DNA of 64,000 bases. Source: Octopus vulgaris (taxonomy: Eukaryota). The notes under the pieces are model-generated. The model made no database searches, was not told the DNA's origin, and saw nothing but the letters and a program-made list of their open reading frames with translations. Positions 52,283 to 64,000 of the stretch are shown one piece after another (position 1 is the stretch's first letter; each line of letters opens with the position of its first letter). The stretch is taken from positions 211,172,001 through 211,236,000 of the forward strand of contig OX597815.1 in assembly GCA_951406725.2 (NCBI GenBank), read 5' to 3'. Position numbers and translations under genes: made by a program.

Positions 52283-53084
52283 TACTGAAGCCAGAAATTT
52301 GTTGTAGAGATAGTAGACAGAGAAATAAGTAAATTATAAATACGAAGAACATAATTTCAGTTGTTCGTTACAAGATTTATAAGATGATCGTTATCCTGTT
52401 TGTAATCTCAGAATATGTTCCTGAATTAAGTAATTCAATGTAGCTCGTACGCAAAAACAGAAATTAGATAATTGAATAATTACACAAATACAAATAAAAT
52501 AAGTAAGAAATGAAGACAAACAGTATTGTATAAAATGTATGGAAAAATCAGTTTAGAAGAAGTAAAAAGAATGAAATGGAGCGGAGTAAGTGAAAAAACT
52601 AGAGAAAATAATGACTGAAAAGGAAGTTTGAAACGAAAATGGTAATGGAGTTGTCACTCTGCGACTATCAATTGTATTGAATTTATAAGTCTTGCATTTA
52701 TCAGTGTTCATACTGACACCATGAAACATGGTTGTAATTGAGAAAAGTGAAGAGGAAATCTTTGTTTAGGATATGTCTGCCTTCCATTAGCACCGTCTGT
52801 CATCAGATATATATTCCTCTCAAATCATAAATAAAGCAAGAAGCGTTTAAATTGTTGGGAAGGAGCGAGTAATGGAGAGTGTTTTGTCCAGTTGAAATTA
52901 TAAACCCATATTTGTATTATATGATGTGATGTGATATGATGTGATGTGATACGATAACATTAGGCACATTGAAGGGTAAAGACAAGTGGGTGTATGACAT
53001 GTTTTATTAAAACGTAATTAGTTTAGACATTTATGAAACTTTTGTCATAATGCGCATGTCTCTACATAGAAATGTATACTTATA

Positions 53085-53481
53085 CTAGCAGTATCGCCCG
53101 GCGTTGCTCGGGTTTGTAAGGGAAATAACTATATAAGCATTTTTAGAGATGTAAAGTATAATAGCCATCTCAATATGGTTAACCACAAAGGGGGGGGGGG
53201 TTACTCTAGCTTTTTACATTCTGAGATTTAATAATAAATTTTTAGAGAGTTACTTCCCTTATATATGCCAAAAATGCATTAAAAATGGGAAAAATTTATG
53301 GTAAATTTTTTTTAAATCGTAGACTCATCGTAGACGCGTGCTAATATCCAGAAGGGCTCAATATGAATCACGACTATAAGATACCCAGTTTTGGTTAAAC
53401 TGCACCGCAAAATGTGGGAGTAGTTAGGAATCCAAATCGTAGGAGACAGACAGCACACAACCTCTCTTTTATATATAAAGA
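53085..53481 (-). mobile_element. Non-autonomous Helitron (same family as 43907, inverted)
   Basis: Minus strand: a|TCtttatatataaaag ... cccgagcaacgccgggcgatactgCTAG|t. Confidence 0.9.
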
Positions 53482-53621
53482 TATGCCTGCACACTTAAGT
53501 ACACAGAAACATAAATACATAGATACATACACATTGATAAATACAACTGCGCATACACATATGAACACATGCACATTCATAAATACAAACAAGCACACAA
53601 ACACACGCATGCATATATGCT

Positions 53622-54015
53622 CGCTTCAGTCATTTGACTGTGGCCATGCTGGAGCACCACTTTCAGCCGAGCAAATCGAACCCAGGACTTATTCTTTGTA
53701 AGCCTAGTACTTATTCTATCAGTCTCTTTTGCCGAACTGCTAAGTTATGGGGATGCAAACACACCAGCAACGGTTGTCAAGCGATGTTGGGGGGACAAAT
53801 ACAGACACACAAACATATGCACACACATACATATACAGATATACATATATACAATGGGCTTCTTTCAGTTTCCGTCTACCAAATCCACTCATAAGGCTTT
53901 GGTTGGCCCGAGGCTATAGTAGAAGACACTTGCCCAAGGTGCCACGCAGTGGGACTGAACCCGAAACCATGTGGTTTGTAAGGTAGCTACTTACCACACA
54001 GCCACTCCTACACCT
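53622..54015 (-). mobile_element. SINE family A
   Basis: Matches the family consensus. Confidence 0.9.
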
Positions 54016-54064
54016 ATATATGTAACTATATAATATACATATATATGTATGTATGCACACAACA

Positions 54065-54408
54065 TGGTTGTTACCAATGTCATGTAAATGGCACCCATGA
54101 GATCATAGTTGTGACCATTGCTAGTAGCATGATCTTTGAATATTGGGCCTCACAGTGGCGATGACAAGAGACCAAGACCTTTGGAGATAAGCTGTGCTTG
54201 AGAAGACTTGTCAAACCATGTGAAATTATAGTCATGCCTGTTGCCAGTGTCATGGAAATGGCCCCATGAAATTGTTGACAGGGGGCCATTCAGCCATAGA
54301 AGCCATGCCACACCAGACTGGAACCTGGTGCAGTTCTCTGGCTTATCAATTCCAGTCAAACCATCTAACCCATGCCAACATGGTAAGTGAATATTAAATG
54401 ATGAGGAT
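54065..54408 (+). mobile_element. Old family C / RTE-tail copy
   Basis: gggccattcagccatagaagcc...aacctggtgcag...aacccatgccaacatgg...attaaatgatga. Confidence 0.6.
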
Positions 54409-54735
54409 CACACACACACACGCACGCATGCACGCACCTTAAAAACAATGAAACAGAGATTCTGAAAAAGAAATAAAATGTCTTGCATCCTCTTATAAGA
54501 TTTTTATTTTAAGACATTCATATCTTGTAAAAACATTTATTTCTTATCAGTTTGGTTAGAGAGAAGGAGTTGTGCCCATAAGATCTGCTCACCCTCTGAG
54601 TCTGATAAGATTGACACAACTAATGTTTCTCTCGAACAGGTGAAAATCATTATTTGCAAAAAAAAAATATTTGTAAGTTTGGAATTCTAGAGGACCAAAA
54701 TTATGAAAATGAAAGAGTGTTCTAAGCACTACTTA

Positions 54736-54956
54736 TGAGTAGGTGCTGAAAAGTTCCTGGCTTTAAGGGCATTGCAAAAGGCCCGGTCGGAGGCTCAATC
54801 TTCCAAGTTCTTTTAACTGGGCTTAGAAAAACTGAGGAACCGCTGCAATAAGTATGTGAATCTGAGAGGGGAATAATGCTGAATAAAATCATAATTAATT
54901 AATCTTACAGTATTTCTTTTTACCCAAAATCAGGAACTTTTCAGCACCCCCCATCA
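54736..54956 (+). mobile_element. Mariner-derived MITE with TA TSD
   Basis: TIR ggtgctgaaaagttcctg / caggaacttttcagcacc. Internal relic GLEKLRNRCNKYVNLRGE resembles a mariner transposase C-terminus. Confidence 0.8.
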
Positions 54957-55173
54957 TACATAGTGCAAGAGAAGTATCAGAAATAGTAGATGCAACATGG
55001 ATAAGGAGAGGACAAAAGGTACTTAAGTCAGGAGCATCTGGTGGGAGGAAGCACAAGACCTACAAATCCCAAGGGGCAGAAGCTACTGTAATAGTATGAG
55101 AAGAGACAGTGAGAATGGCCAGCATAGCTGTTGGTCAGACACCGGAGTGTGTTGTTGATTTCATACTAATTGT

Positions 55174-55531
55174 GTGAGAAGAGCTCCGAGGAAGAGCTAC
55201 AAAGACTGCCTCAAGAAGTCTCTAACAGCATGTCATATTAACCACCAATGCTGGTCAGACCTGGCTGCGGACCGTGATGTCTGGTGCCACACGATCTTCA
55301 ATGCAGTCAGCAAGTTTGAGGAACAAAGAAGAGACACGCTTAAAGACAAGAGATGCAGGAGGAAGGTGCAAGCCACCTCTGACACCACACCGGATGTTAC
55401 CTTCATCTGTGGACACTGCTCACGGACCTGTCTTTCCCATATCGGACTTGTCAGTCATGAGCGTGCATGCACACAACGTGGACAGCCTTCCTGATCTTCA
55501 TTCACGAAGCCGAGCCATGATGATGATGATT
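55174..55531 (+). mobile_element. RTE-clade LINE 3' end with C-terminal zinc finger
   Basis: PRKSYKDCLKKSL...WSDLAADRDVW...FICGHCSRTCLSHIGLVSHERAC*, followed by an (atg)n tail. Confidence 0.85.
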
Positions 55532-56089
55532 TGAGTAGCCTTTCTATCTCAGATGTAGGAATAATAATATACTGTGGATCTCGCCTCAACTCTACAAAGG
55601 GTTAGAAACTGTTGGGAGCTGAAGTATTTTCTATTCCTGAAGATAGAGGTCAATCTTTGTGATGCAGTTTTAACTCTGTTGAGAGCATGTATTTGTCAGT
55701 AGACATCCCTAGATATGGTGAAGCTTAGTATTTGGAACCCTGTGCCGATTATACTTATGGAACTGTAATAATGTTTTTTTGATATTCATAGCAAGTGTGT
55801 ATTTGTGTTGTTGAAGGTGAGTGGATTGGCCTGAACTCCACTTGAATTAATTTTCAAAGTCTCTGGTTCATGGAGTCAGGTGTGAGGTATGTGACCTCTA
55901 GGTTGCAGGAAGATGATGCTTGAGTGTGGAAGATTAAAGAGGAAAGGGAGTTGGCATCCCTTGTGTCAGTGTAGTTGTTGTTTCACCCTTTAGCATTCAG
56001 ATTATTTTGTTAGAGTGTGATATTTTGTTAGAGTGTGATATTGTTTTGACTTAATCATAACTTATCTAATAGCCTTCAGATTTTGACAA

Positions 56090-56375
56090 TCTCTTTTACT
56101 CTTTTACCTGTTCCAGTCATTTAACTGTGGCCATGCTGGAGCACCGCCTTTAGTCGAGAAAATCAACCTGAGGACTTATTCTTTGTAAGCCCAGTGCTTA
56201 TTCTGTCAGTCTCTTTTGCTGAACCTCTAAGTAACGGGGACATAAACACACCAGCATCAGTCGTCAAGCGATGTTGGGGGAACAAACACAGACACACAAA
56301 CACACGCACACACACATATATATATGTATATTATACATATACATGACGGGCTTCTTTCAGTTTTCATCTATCAAA
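56090..56375 (-). mobile_element. SINE family A, 5'-truncated
   Basis: Consensus tail and body. Confidence 0.85.
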
Positions 56376-56413
56376 CAGTTCTACTCCTGATCAGGACTGA
56401 CTTTACAATATTA

Positions 56414-57107
56414 CTTGACTACCTGTGACCCCTTGGGTCAATGGGGAAGTCTGAGTTTCCCAGCAACAGAGTTTTGTTTCGTGGGTTTTTTCCCTTTTCC
56501 ATGTTATTTTGCATGCTTTCAACAAATGTGACATCAAAATCATGCACAAATGGCTCCTCCCCACCCTAGGCAAGATTTAGTTCCTATTTCTTGCATGCCC
56601 TACTACCACGTAACCAGTATTTTGGGTTCTTTATCGCAAAGAGCTTTTACACGAGATCAGGACGTGCTAGAAATAGCAGCTAAAATATATTTGGAGGTGA
56701 GATATGTTGAATGCACTCAAAAGAAACTTATAGAAAAAAAACTATTTCACACCAAGTGTTACAAACGGGTCTTTTACGAAATATTTACTGTACTTTTAAA
56801 GTCATTTTCACTTTAAAATATTTTGCCCATCATAATATGTCTAATGGAAAGGTTAGAGTTTCTTCCCTTTCAGGGTTAAGTTATTTTCAGAGTATTTTCC
56901 CATTATGCACCAGTTTGGGTATTTATACCCCAAATATCTTAATAACTACTGGTCCGATTTATGCAAAACTTGTTTTATTCCATTCATATTCACATTTCAG
57001 GGGTACTTTACTTTCAAAGTATTTTCCCAGTATGCGCCAGTTTGGCTGTGTAACATTGCAAGCAAGCAAGTAAGCAAGATTGAACTTCACTTTTAATGTA
57101 TTATAGA
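56414..57107 (-). mobile_element. Probable second Helitron family
   Basis: Minus strand starts a|TCtataatacattaaaag and ends with hairpin tgacccaaggggtca then CAAG|t (CTAG variant). Confidence 0.55.
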
Positions 57108-57598
57108 TAGTCCCTAGGGCAAAGTAATGCACTGGAGCTTATAGTATTTACTGATTTACAATAAGTCACAGTATAAACATAGATTAACATTGACTCCTGG
57201 AACGAAAGAGACTCTCGATAACTTCCCAGTGTGCAATAACAGTACTGCTTTTGATACAGCTAGAACTAAATAATTTCATATCTGTTTTTATGAAATAAGC
57301 TAATCAAAATTAAAACTATAAAATTAATATGCCACTACTAATTACAAAGTAGAAAACATAGATTCATTCTAAATTTAAGCAAATTTTTCTATTATCATTT
57401 ATTGAAATATAGAAATATAGTAAAACACTTCTTTTGAATCAATAAATTGAAATTTAGATGTCTGAGTTAATAACTCTGAGACATTATTGATGTATTATCT
57501 CACAATAGGTGTTAATATAAGAATACATATGTGTCTGCATATATATATGTGTGTGTGTATGTACATATATACACATATGTGCATATTGTGTGTGTCTG

Positions 57599-57633
<35 letters not shown>

Positions 57634-58113
57634 ACATGTATGTATATCATATATGATATACTAGAAGTAGCATAGAAGGAGAAATAAAATGAAATTCGAA
57701 GTAAACAACATGAAGATAAGAAATTATGTTACTCAACTTTTGCAAAAAGTTATTCTTAGTTAAAGTTGGAATAAACTTTCTGGATAGATAACCACATCTT
57801 TCCTTTTTTGCAAACTACCATATTCCAGAGACATTGATCTCAATGTGTTAAATCCCAGCCTAACACTTGAACAATAAATGCAGAAAATTCAAGCTGATTA
57901 AGAGCCTGAATGTGATCGCTTGGCATACCAGAAATAGCAGCTGAATTTCTTTCGAATAGTATCCTTCTGTCTTAGATAAACAATGATACATAAAAGAATT
58001 TTGTCTATGATATAGTGAATCCAAACATGAACAAAGAGTAAACACAACACCGCGAGGACGTGGAACAAATATAGTGTTATTGGGTGCTCAGAAAAGGAAA
58101 GAAATAAGGAGGA

Positions 58114-58146
58114 TTTAATGTTTCGAGCGGAGCTCTTTGTCAGAAA
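58114..58146 (-). ncRNA. Decayed minimal hammerhead ribozyme (Penelope-type relic within ~58040-58210)
   Basis: Minus strand: ttt-CTGAC(A)A-a-gagc-tcc-gctc-GAAA-ca-TT-aaa. Both departures from the canonical core are CpG-to-CpA changes. Confidence 0.55.
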
Positions 58147-58339
58147 TATAGAAAAAAGGAAAAATCTGAGGAAGGGAAGACAGAGAAAGAAAATTGCCAA
58201 CGATACACAAGGGATAAGAAAGAACGACTGTATTAAGAATTCCTTTGATCGTGGGTTTGCTCAAACAACATGAAAATATTCAAAACTTGACAGATCTCTA
58301 CTGAGACCAAAAAATGTTAAAATCTGAATTGTAGTCACA

Positions 58340-59020
58340 AGCATGGCTGTGTAAAGTTTGCCTCACAACCACATAGTTTCAGGTTCAGTCCCATCCATTG
58401 TGTGGTACAGTCATTACTTTACAAATAGACAGAAACCATGTGAAAGCCTGTCATCTGTATTTTTTTTTTTTATTGTTCCTTCTCGAGCTATGCCTGGCTC
58501 ATAAGGGCCGGTTTACCAGTTTCCTTGGCGTATAGGTTCCCCACCTGGACAGGACACCAGTCCATCGCAGGTGAGCTGCAAGAGGAAAGAGTGAGAGAAA
58601 GTTGTGGTGAAAGAGTCAGCAGAAGTTTGCTATTACCTTCTGCCGGAGCCACGTAGAGCTTAGGTGTTTCACTCATAAACACACACATCACCCAGTCTGA
58701 GATTTGAACTCATGATCCCTCGGCCGTGAGTCCATTGCTCTAACCACTAGGCCATGTGCCTCCACACCCTGTCATCTGTATGTATATATGTATCCGAGTG
58801 TGTATGCGATTTCATAGTGGCATTTGTCCATAACCACATGAAGACCAGTGTTGGTATTTTTATGTCCCTGAAACTTTACCGTCAGGCAAATATATACTAA
58901 TAGAACAAGTATCAGATTTAAAAAGTAATTACAGGGGTCAAGGGGTCTCACTAAACACTTTAAGGTCACACACCAGCATGGCCACAGTCCAATGATTGAG
59001 ACAAGTAAAAGAACAAAAGA
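58340..59020 (+). mobile_element. Old SINE A interrupted by a minus-strand SINE F (~58461-58767)
   Basis: TSD cctgtcatctgtat on both sides of F. Confidence 0.8.
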
Positions 59021-59204
59021 ACATTATAAAAGATTATCCCAAACATTATGAAAGATTATCCAAACTACACTAGGGAAACAATTTGTGCAATCTCTCATTC
59101 ACATTGCAACCTGGAAAACAAAATATTTTGTTTTTGAGTTTAAGAAATTGAATTCATCCTTATCACCATCATCGGAATTTTGTATCCATTTTTCCAATAT
59201 TCTT

Positions 59205-59650
59205 TTCAACTCTAGGCACAAAGCCCAAAATTTTGGGGGAAGGGACCAGTCGATTAGATTGATGGCAGTACGCAACTGGTACTTAATTTATTGACCCCCA
59301 AAAGGATGAAAGGCAAAGTCGACTTCAGTGGAATTTGAACTCAGAATGTAAATACCGCTAAGCATTTTACCTGGCATATTAACATTTCTACCAGCTCACC
59401 ACCTTAACCAGTTTTCAATATTAACATTCCAGAAAGGTGGCGAGCTGGCAGAAACATTAGCATGCCAGGTGAAATGCTTAGCTGTATTTTGTCTGTCTTT
59501 ACATTCTGAATTCAAACTCCACCAAAGTTGACTTTGCTTTCATCCTTTTGTGGGGGACTATAAATTAAGTACCAATTGCATACTGAGGTTGATCTATCGA
59601 CTGCTCCACCTCCCCAAAAATTTCGGGCCTTGTGCCTAGAGTAGAAAAGA
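59205..59650. mobile_element. Head-to-head pair of family B SINEs
   Basis: Minus copy 59205-59405 and plus copy 59434-59650. Confidence 0.85.
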
Positions 59651-59716
59651 ATATTGACTTGAATTGGTCGATAATATTTATGGTTGTATGTTCCTCATGC
59701 TGCTGCTATATTTCAT

Positions 59717-59930
59717 CCCTTTCGTTATTGCTGTTGAAACACTGCCTTTGTTTCAATTAATTTTTAAAAAAGAACATGAAAGCTTTATTAAAATAATCAT
59801 CATTATTATTAAGCTGAGATTAAGAGTATAATTTAGCATGAAAGTTTGATGAAAGGTTTTAATTGAGATCACATGAAAAAAAAGCAAGCTTGTATCACAG
59901 AACCAGGAATGGGGTTGGTATCAAAAGGAT
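59717..59930 (-). mobile_element. Diverged piggyBac-like MITE
   Basis: ccctttcgttattg ... ggttggtatcaaaagg is the reverse of the 41024 ends. Confidence 0.6.
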
Positions 59931-59999
59931 AAAATCACCTTTTATGATATGCAAGGACACAGTGCCCTTTCTGAAACTGATGCATAGACACACGAAAAT

Positions 60000-60398
60000 G
60001 ACATCAACCCCAGTGCGCAACTGGTACCTATTTCATTGACCCCAAAAGGATGAAAGGAAAAGTTGGTCTTAGTAAGATTTGAACTCAAAACTTAAAGACA
60101 AATGACATGCCATTGGGCATTTTGCCCAGCGTGTTACCAATTCTTATTTCTTTACTACCCACAAGGGGCTAAACACAGAGGGGACAAACAAGGACAGACA
60201 AACAGATTAAGTCAATTACATCGATCCCAGTGCGTAACTGGTACTTAATTTATCGACCCCAAGAGGATGAAAGGCAAAGTCGTCCTTAGTGGAATTTGAA
60301 CTCAGAACGTAATGGCAGACGAAATACCAATATGCATTTTACCTGGTGTGCTAACGTTTCTGCCAGCTTGCCGTGTTACCAATTCTGCCAGCTCACCT
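60000..60398 (-). mobile_element. SINE B nested in SINE B
   Basis: Inner copy 60145-60371 with TSD cgtgttaccaattct (60130-60144 and 60372-60386). Confidence 0.85.
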
Positions 60399-60470
60399 AC
60401 TCACACATGCATGCACAAGATATTAGGAAACGAAAGAAAAAAAAACAGTAAAACTACTAATTCTATATAC

Positions 60471-60620
60471 CTTTGACCAGTATCCTGTAATCCACATCGA
60501 TGGACAGGTACCATTATTACATTTCCGATTAACTTGAGGCTTTTTGCGTAATTCACATTGGTTGGCCTGTGGACACTTAACTTTCCTCCACTGCATTCCA
60601 TCACCACATGTTGCGGAGCA
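60471..60620 (-). CDS. Internal exon of the ADAMTS/ADAMTS-like gene, TSP1 repeat
   Basis: Acceptor aaaatatatttcag|, donor |gtatat. 150 nt, phase 0-0. Encodes CSATCGDGMQWRKVKCPQANQCELRKKPQVNRKCNNGTCPSMWITGYWSK and joins the next exon as WxxxxWSxCTKTCG. Confidence 0.95.
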
Positions 60621-60689
60621 CTGAAATATATTTTAAAAAAAACAAATCATCATCATCATCATCACTGCTGACACCTATCATCATTATTT

Positions 60690-60925
60690 CATTTTTTTTC
60701 TTTATTACCCACAAGGGGCTAAACACAGAGGGGACAGACAAGGACAGACAAAGATATTAAGTCGGTTACATCAACCCCAGTGCGTAACTGGTACTTAATT
60801 TATCGATCCCGAAAGGATGAAAGGCAAAGTCGAACACGGCGGAATTTGAACTCAGAACATAACGGCAGATGAAATACCGCTAAGCATTTCGCCCGGCGTG
60901 CTAATGATTCTGCCAGCTCTCCGCC
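60690..60925 (-). mobile_element. SINE family B, full length
   Basis: Consensus match, flanked by cctat(c/t)atcattat. Confidence 0.9.
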
Positions 60926-61659
60926 TATTATCATTATCCTCATTATTATCATCCCATCATCACCATCATAATAATTGTCGCATTCTAGAATAATTTAATA
61001 TCAGCAGTGTTTAAAACATTCTTTTCATGTATAAACATGCATTTGACAAGGTTCACACGCTGGCATTCATTTGTTCACATCAGATGAATCATCATCTACA
61101 CAGTTTCTTTCACTGTTATTATCATTATTATTACTACTACTACTACTACTACTACTATTTCTATTATTTATTTTCACCTGTGAGTAAAGGTCCATATTTT
61201 ATGCAACACTTTACAGATTTTAAATACTTGTCTCACATAAGCCTAAAACATTAGGTGAAAATTATGTTATCTTCTACATTTAATGAGATTTTGAAAGCTT
61301 ACATTGTATTTTATGGAAATTAATGTTCTATAGAACTGGATTCTGAGAGATAATATTCTTTGTATAGAACAAAAGAGCATTTTATTATATATTATATATT
61401 TCATTACAATTAATGGATGTCTGTCTTGGGACATCACATTTCTTGTGTGAATATAGAACATAATAATGAACTGACAGCTTCTACTATAGTAGTTTTGTTT
61501 GTTTTTTACTCTTTTGGGGTTTGTGCATTTTTATCAGCTGAGCTCAGCAAGATATCTTCTCACATGTAGCCTATCTCTCATAACTGTTTTCACTATACAC
61601 ATCTGATTGTGTCCTGCATTACCTGGCTGGTTATTTGGATTGAAAATGTCTATACTATA

Positions 61660-62070
61660 GGCGCAGAAGTGGCTGTGTGGTAAGTAGCTTGTCTACCAAC
61701 CACATGGTTCCGGGTTCAGTCCCACTGTGTGGCACCTTGGGCAAATGTCTTCTACTATAGCCTCGGGCCAACCAAAGCCTTGTGAGTGGATTTGGTAGAC
61801 GGAAACTGAAAGAAGCCCGTCGTATATATATATATATATATATATATGCGTGTGTGTGTTTGTGTGTCTGTGTTTGTCTCCCTAGCATTGCTTGACAACC
61901 GATGCAGGTGTGTTTATGTCCCCGTTACTTAGCAGTTCGGCAAAAGAGACCGATAGAATAAGTACTAGGCTTACAAAAAGAATAAGTCCCGGGGTCGAGT
62001 TGCTCGATTAAAGGCGGTGCTCCAGCATGGCCGCAGTCAAATGACTGAAACAAGTAGAAGAGTAAAGAGT
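61660..62070 (+). mobile_element. SINE family A, near-consensus
   Basis: ggcgcagaagtggctgtgtggtaag...gaaacaagtagaagagtaaagag; CpGs retained. Confidence 0.9.
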
Positions 62071-62072
62071 AA

Positions 62073-62960
62073 TACTCTTTTACTTCTTTCAGTCCTTTGA
62101 CTGTGGCAATTATTCTACTGGTCTCATGCTGAACCACTAAGTTACAGGGATATAAACAAACCAATACCAGGGCTATAGTAGCTGATACTTACCCCAGGTG
62201 CCATGCAATGGTACTGAACTTGAAACCATGTGGTTGTAAAATAAGTTTCCTAACCACACAGCCTTGCCCACACATAATAGATTTATTTCTAAAAATGTAC
62301 ATTACTTCTTATAATAACAGTATTCTGGTTACCGATATTATGAAGAGCAATACCGTTAACATTACTACAACTACATTCGTACCAATTTTAACAAGAATCT
62401 TGATATCATTTTCACCACTCTGATACCATGGTTAACACTGCTGTTAACAGAGTTCTTCTACTATCATGCCATCATTAACAATACTATGTGCTATACTTCT
62501 AGCTCTATCAATTATACCATCACCCAACAATACCATTGACCCTTTAGCATTCAGATTACTCTATCAAATGCAATGCTTATTTACTCTTGCCCTTTTTACT
62601 CTTTTACTTGTTTCAGTCATTTGACTTCGGCCATGCTGGAGCACCGCCTTTTAGTCGAGCAAATCGACCCCAGGATTTATTCTTTGGAAGCCTAGTACTT
62701 ATTCTATCAGACTCTTTTGCCAAAATGCTAAGTTACAGGAGTGTAAACACACCACCATCGGTTGTCAAGCGATGTTGGGGGGACAAACACAGACATACCA
62801 ACATACACACACACACTCACATATATATACGACGGGTTTCTTTCAGTTTCTGTCTACCAAACCCACTCACAAGGCTTTGGTCAGCCTGAGGCTATAGTAG
62901 AAGACACTTGCCCAAAGTGCCATGCAGTGGGACTGAACCCGGAACCATGTAGTTGGTAGG
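62073..62960 (+). repeat. Duplicate of 32795-33790
   Basis: Shared non-SINE core and the same SINE A variants (e.g. ttgacttcggcc, ctttggaagcc). Confidence 0.9.
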
Positions 62961-63349
62961 AAATATTTGTGAATAGTCAAGATATGTACCTTGTAAGTTC
63001 CTCATAAAGTATCTTTGGTATTCATTCTTACAAAACAAATGGCCTAACCCACAAAATACCTTTTGTCTTTAGACCAATTTATGTGCAGATGGCAATGATT
63101 CAGAAATGTTGCATTCTGTATCATTAGTCTTACACTCATGTTTTATTGTTTGTGTTCCCTCAACATACATTCAGAGCAGCTGGTTTTGAAAGAGTCCATT
63201 CAGCATTTTTATAGAGATTCAAGAGTCTGTTATTCAGTCTCATAGGGAAGTGTGTCTTGCGGGCAGTGTTTTTTGGTATCAGCATTTTTTAATTTGGTTA
63301 AACTCACTTTTGTCAGTTTTGAAAAAGTTGTGAATGCTAAATTTGTGAG

Positions 63350-63692
63350 TTCTGAAAGCATAGCTATTTGGTTAAGAAGTTCACTTTACTGCATAGATTT
63401 AGATTCAGTCCCACAACGCAACACGCCTTGGGCAAGTGTTTTCTATTATGCCTCAGGCAGACTAATGCTTTGTGAATGAATTTAGTTGATGGAACTTATG
63501 TGGTAGCCTTTCAAATGAGTATGTTTGCTTGACCCACACCATAGCTTGTAACTTAGTGGTTCAGTAAAAGAGACCAATAAAATAAGTACTGGACTTTAAA
63601 AATGAGTATTGAGGTTGATCTGTTCAACTAAAACCCTTGAAGGTGATTCCCCAGCATGGCTACAAATCAATGACCGAAGCAAGTAAGAAAAA
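63350..63692 (+). mobile_element. Old SINE family A copy
   Basis: attcagtccc...ccttgggcaagtgttttcta...cccagcatggc. Confidence 0.7.
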
Positions 63693-64000
63693 AAAGATGT
63701 AGAGGATCATAGTCATACAAGTCAAGGTACATCTTTCAGCTTGGAATTAGAGATTGTAGCAATTCTGTATTCTTCAAGATTGACAAGCTGAGAGTTATTA
63801 TTCGTCTAACAATTTAAGAGATGGTGCTTAATATGTTTTGGTAAATTTAGCATCCATAGAAAAGAAAAAAAGTCCCCATTCTTAATCAAATTAGTGAAAG
63901 TTTTCATGTAATCACACCTGCTTGTAAAATTACAGTGAATTACTCAAAATATTTCTTCAGCAACAATCATTATGTTAAACGTTGATCACTGCATGTAAGA

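Noticed and set aside
62960-64000. Next upstream exon of the ADAMTS-type gene
   Set aside because: No minus-strand WxxxxW or Cys-pattern exon with splice sites was found; it probably lies beyond the window.

Overview
AT-rich, microsatellite- and SINE-dense eukaryotic DNA. The repeat landscape most resembles an Octopus genome (inference, not verified). One protein-coding gene is readable: the 3' end of a minus-strand ADAMTS/ADAMTS-like (TSP1...PLAC) gene. Its three phase-compatible GT-AG exons are 60471-60620 (TSP1), 47122-47272 (TSP1) and 13949-14112 (PLAC plus stop), separated by introns of 13.2 kb and 33.0 kb. The first 9.2 kb is a trinucleotide-derived satellite with a ~1.7 kb higher-order repeat and strand inversions; its long ORFs look spurious. 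The introns hold several tRNA-derived SINE families, RTE-clade LINE remnants and derivatives, a decayed DD37E Tc1-like transposon, TTAA-targeting and mariner MITEs, and non-autonomous Helitrons. The most notable signals are: (i) three different Penelope-type elements carrying minimal hammerhead-ribozyme cores, one fused to a tRNA-derived Pol III head; (ii) a modular ~60-66 nt double-hairpin array in an RTE-related 3' tail; (iii) inverted Helitrons bracketing a single exon; (iv) a SINE-bounded ~0.9 kb duplication shared by two introns of the gene. All analysis was by eye, so repeat boundaries are approximate unless fixed by TSDs or splice sites.
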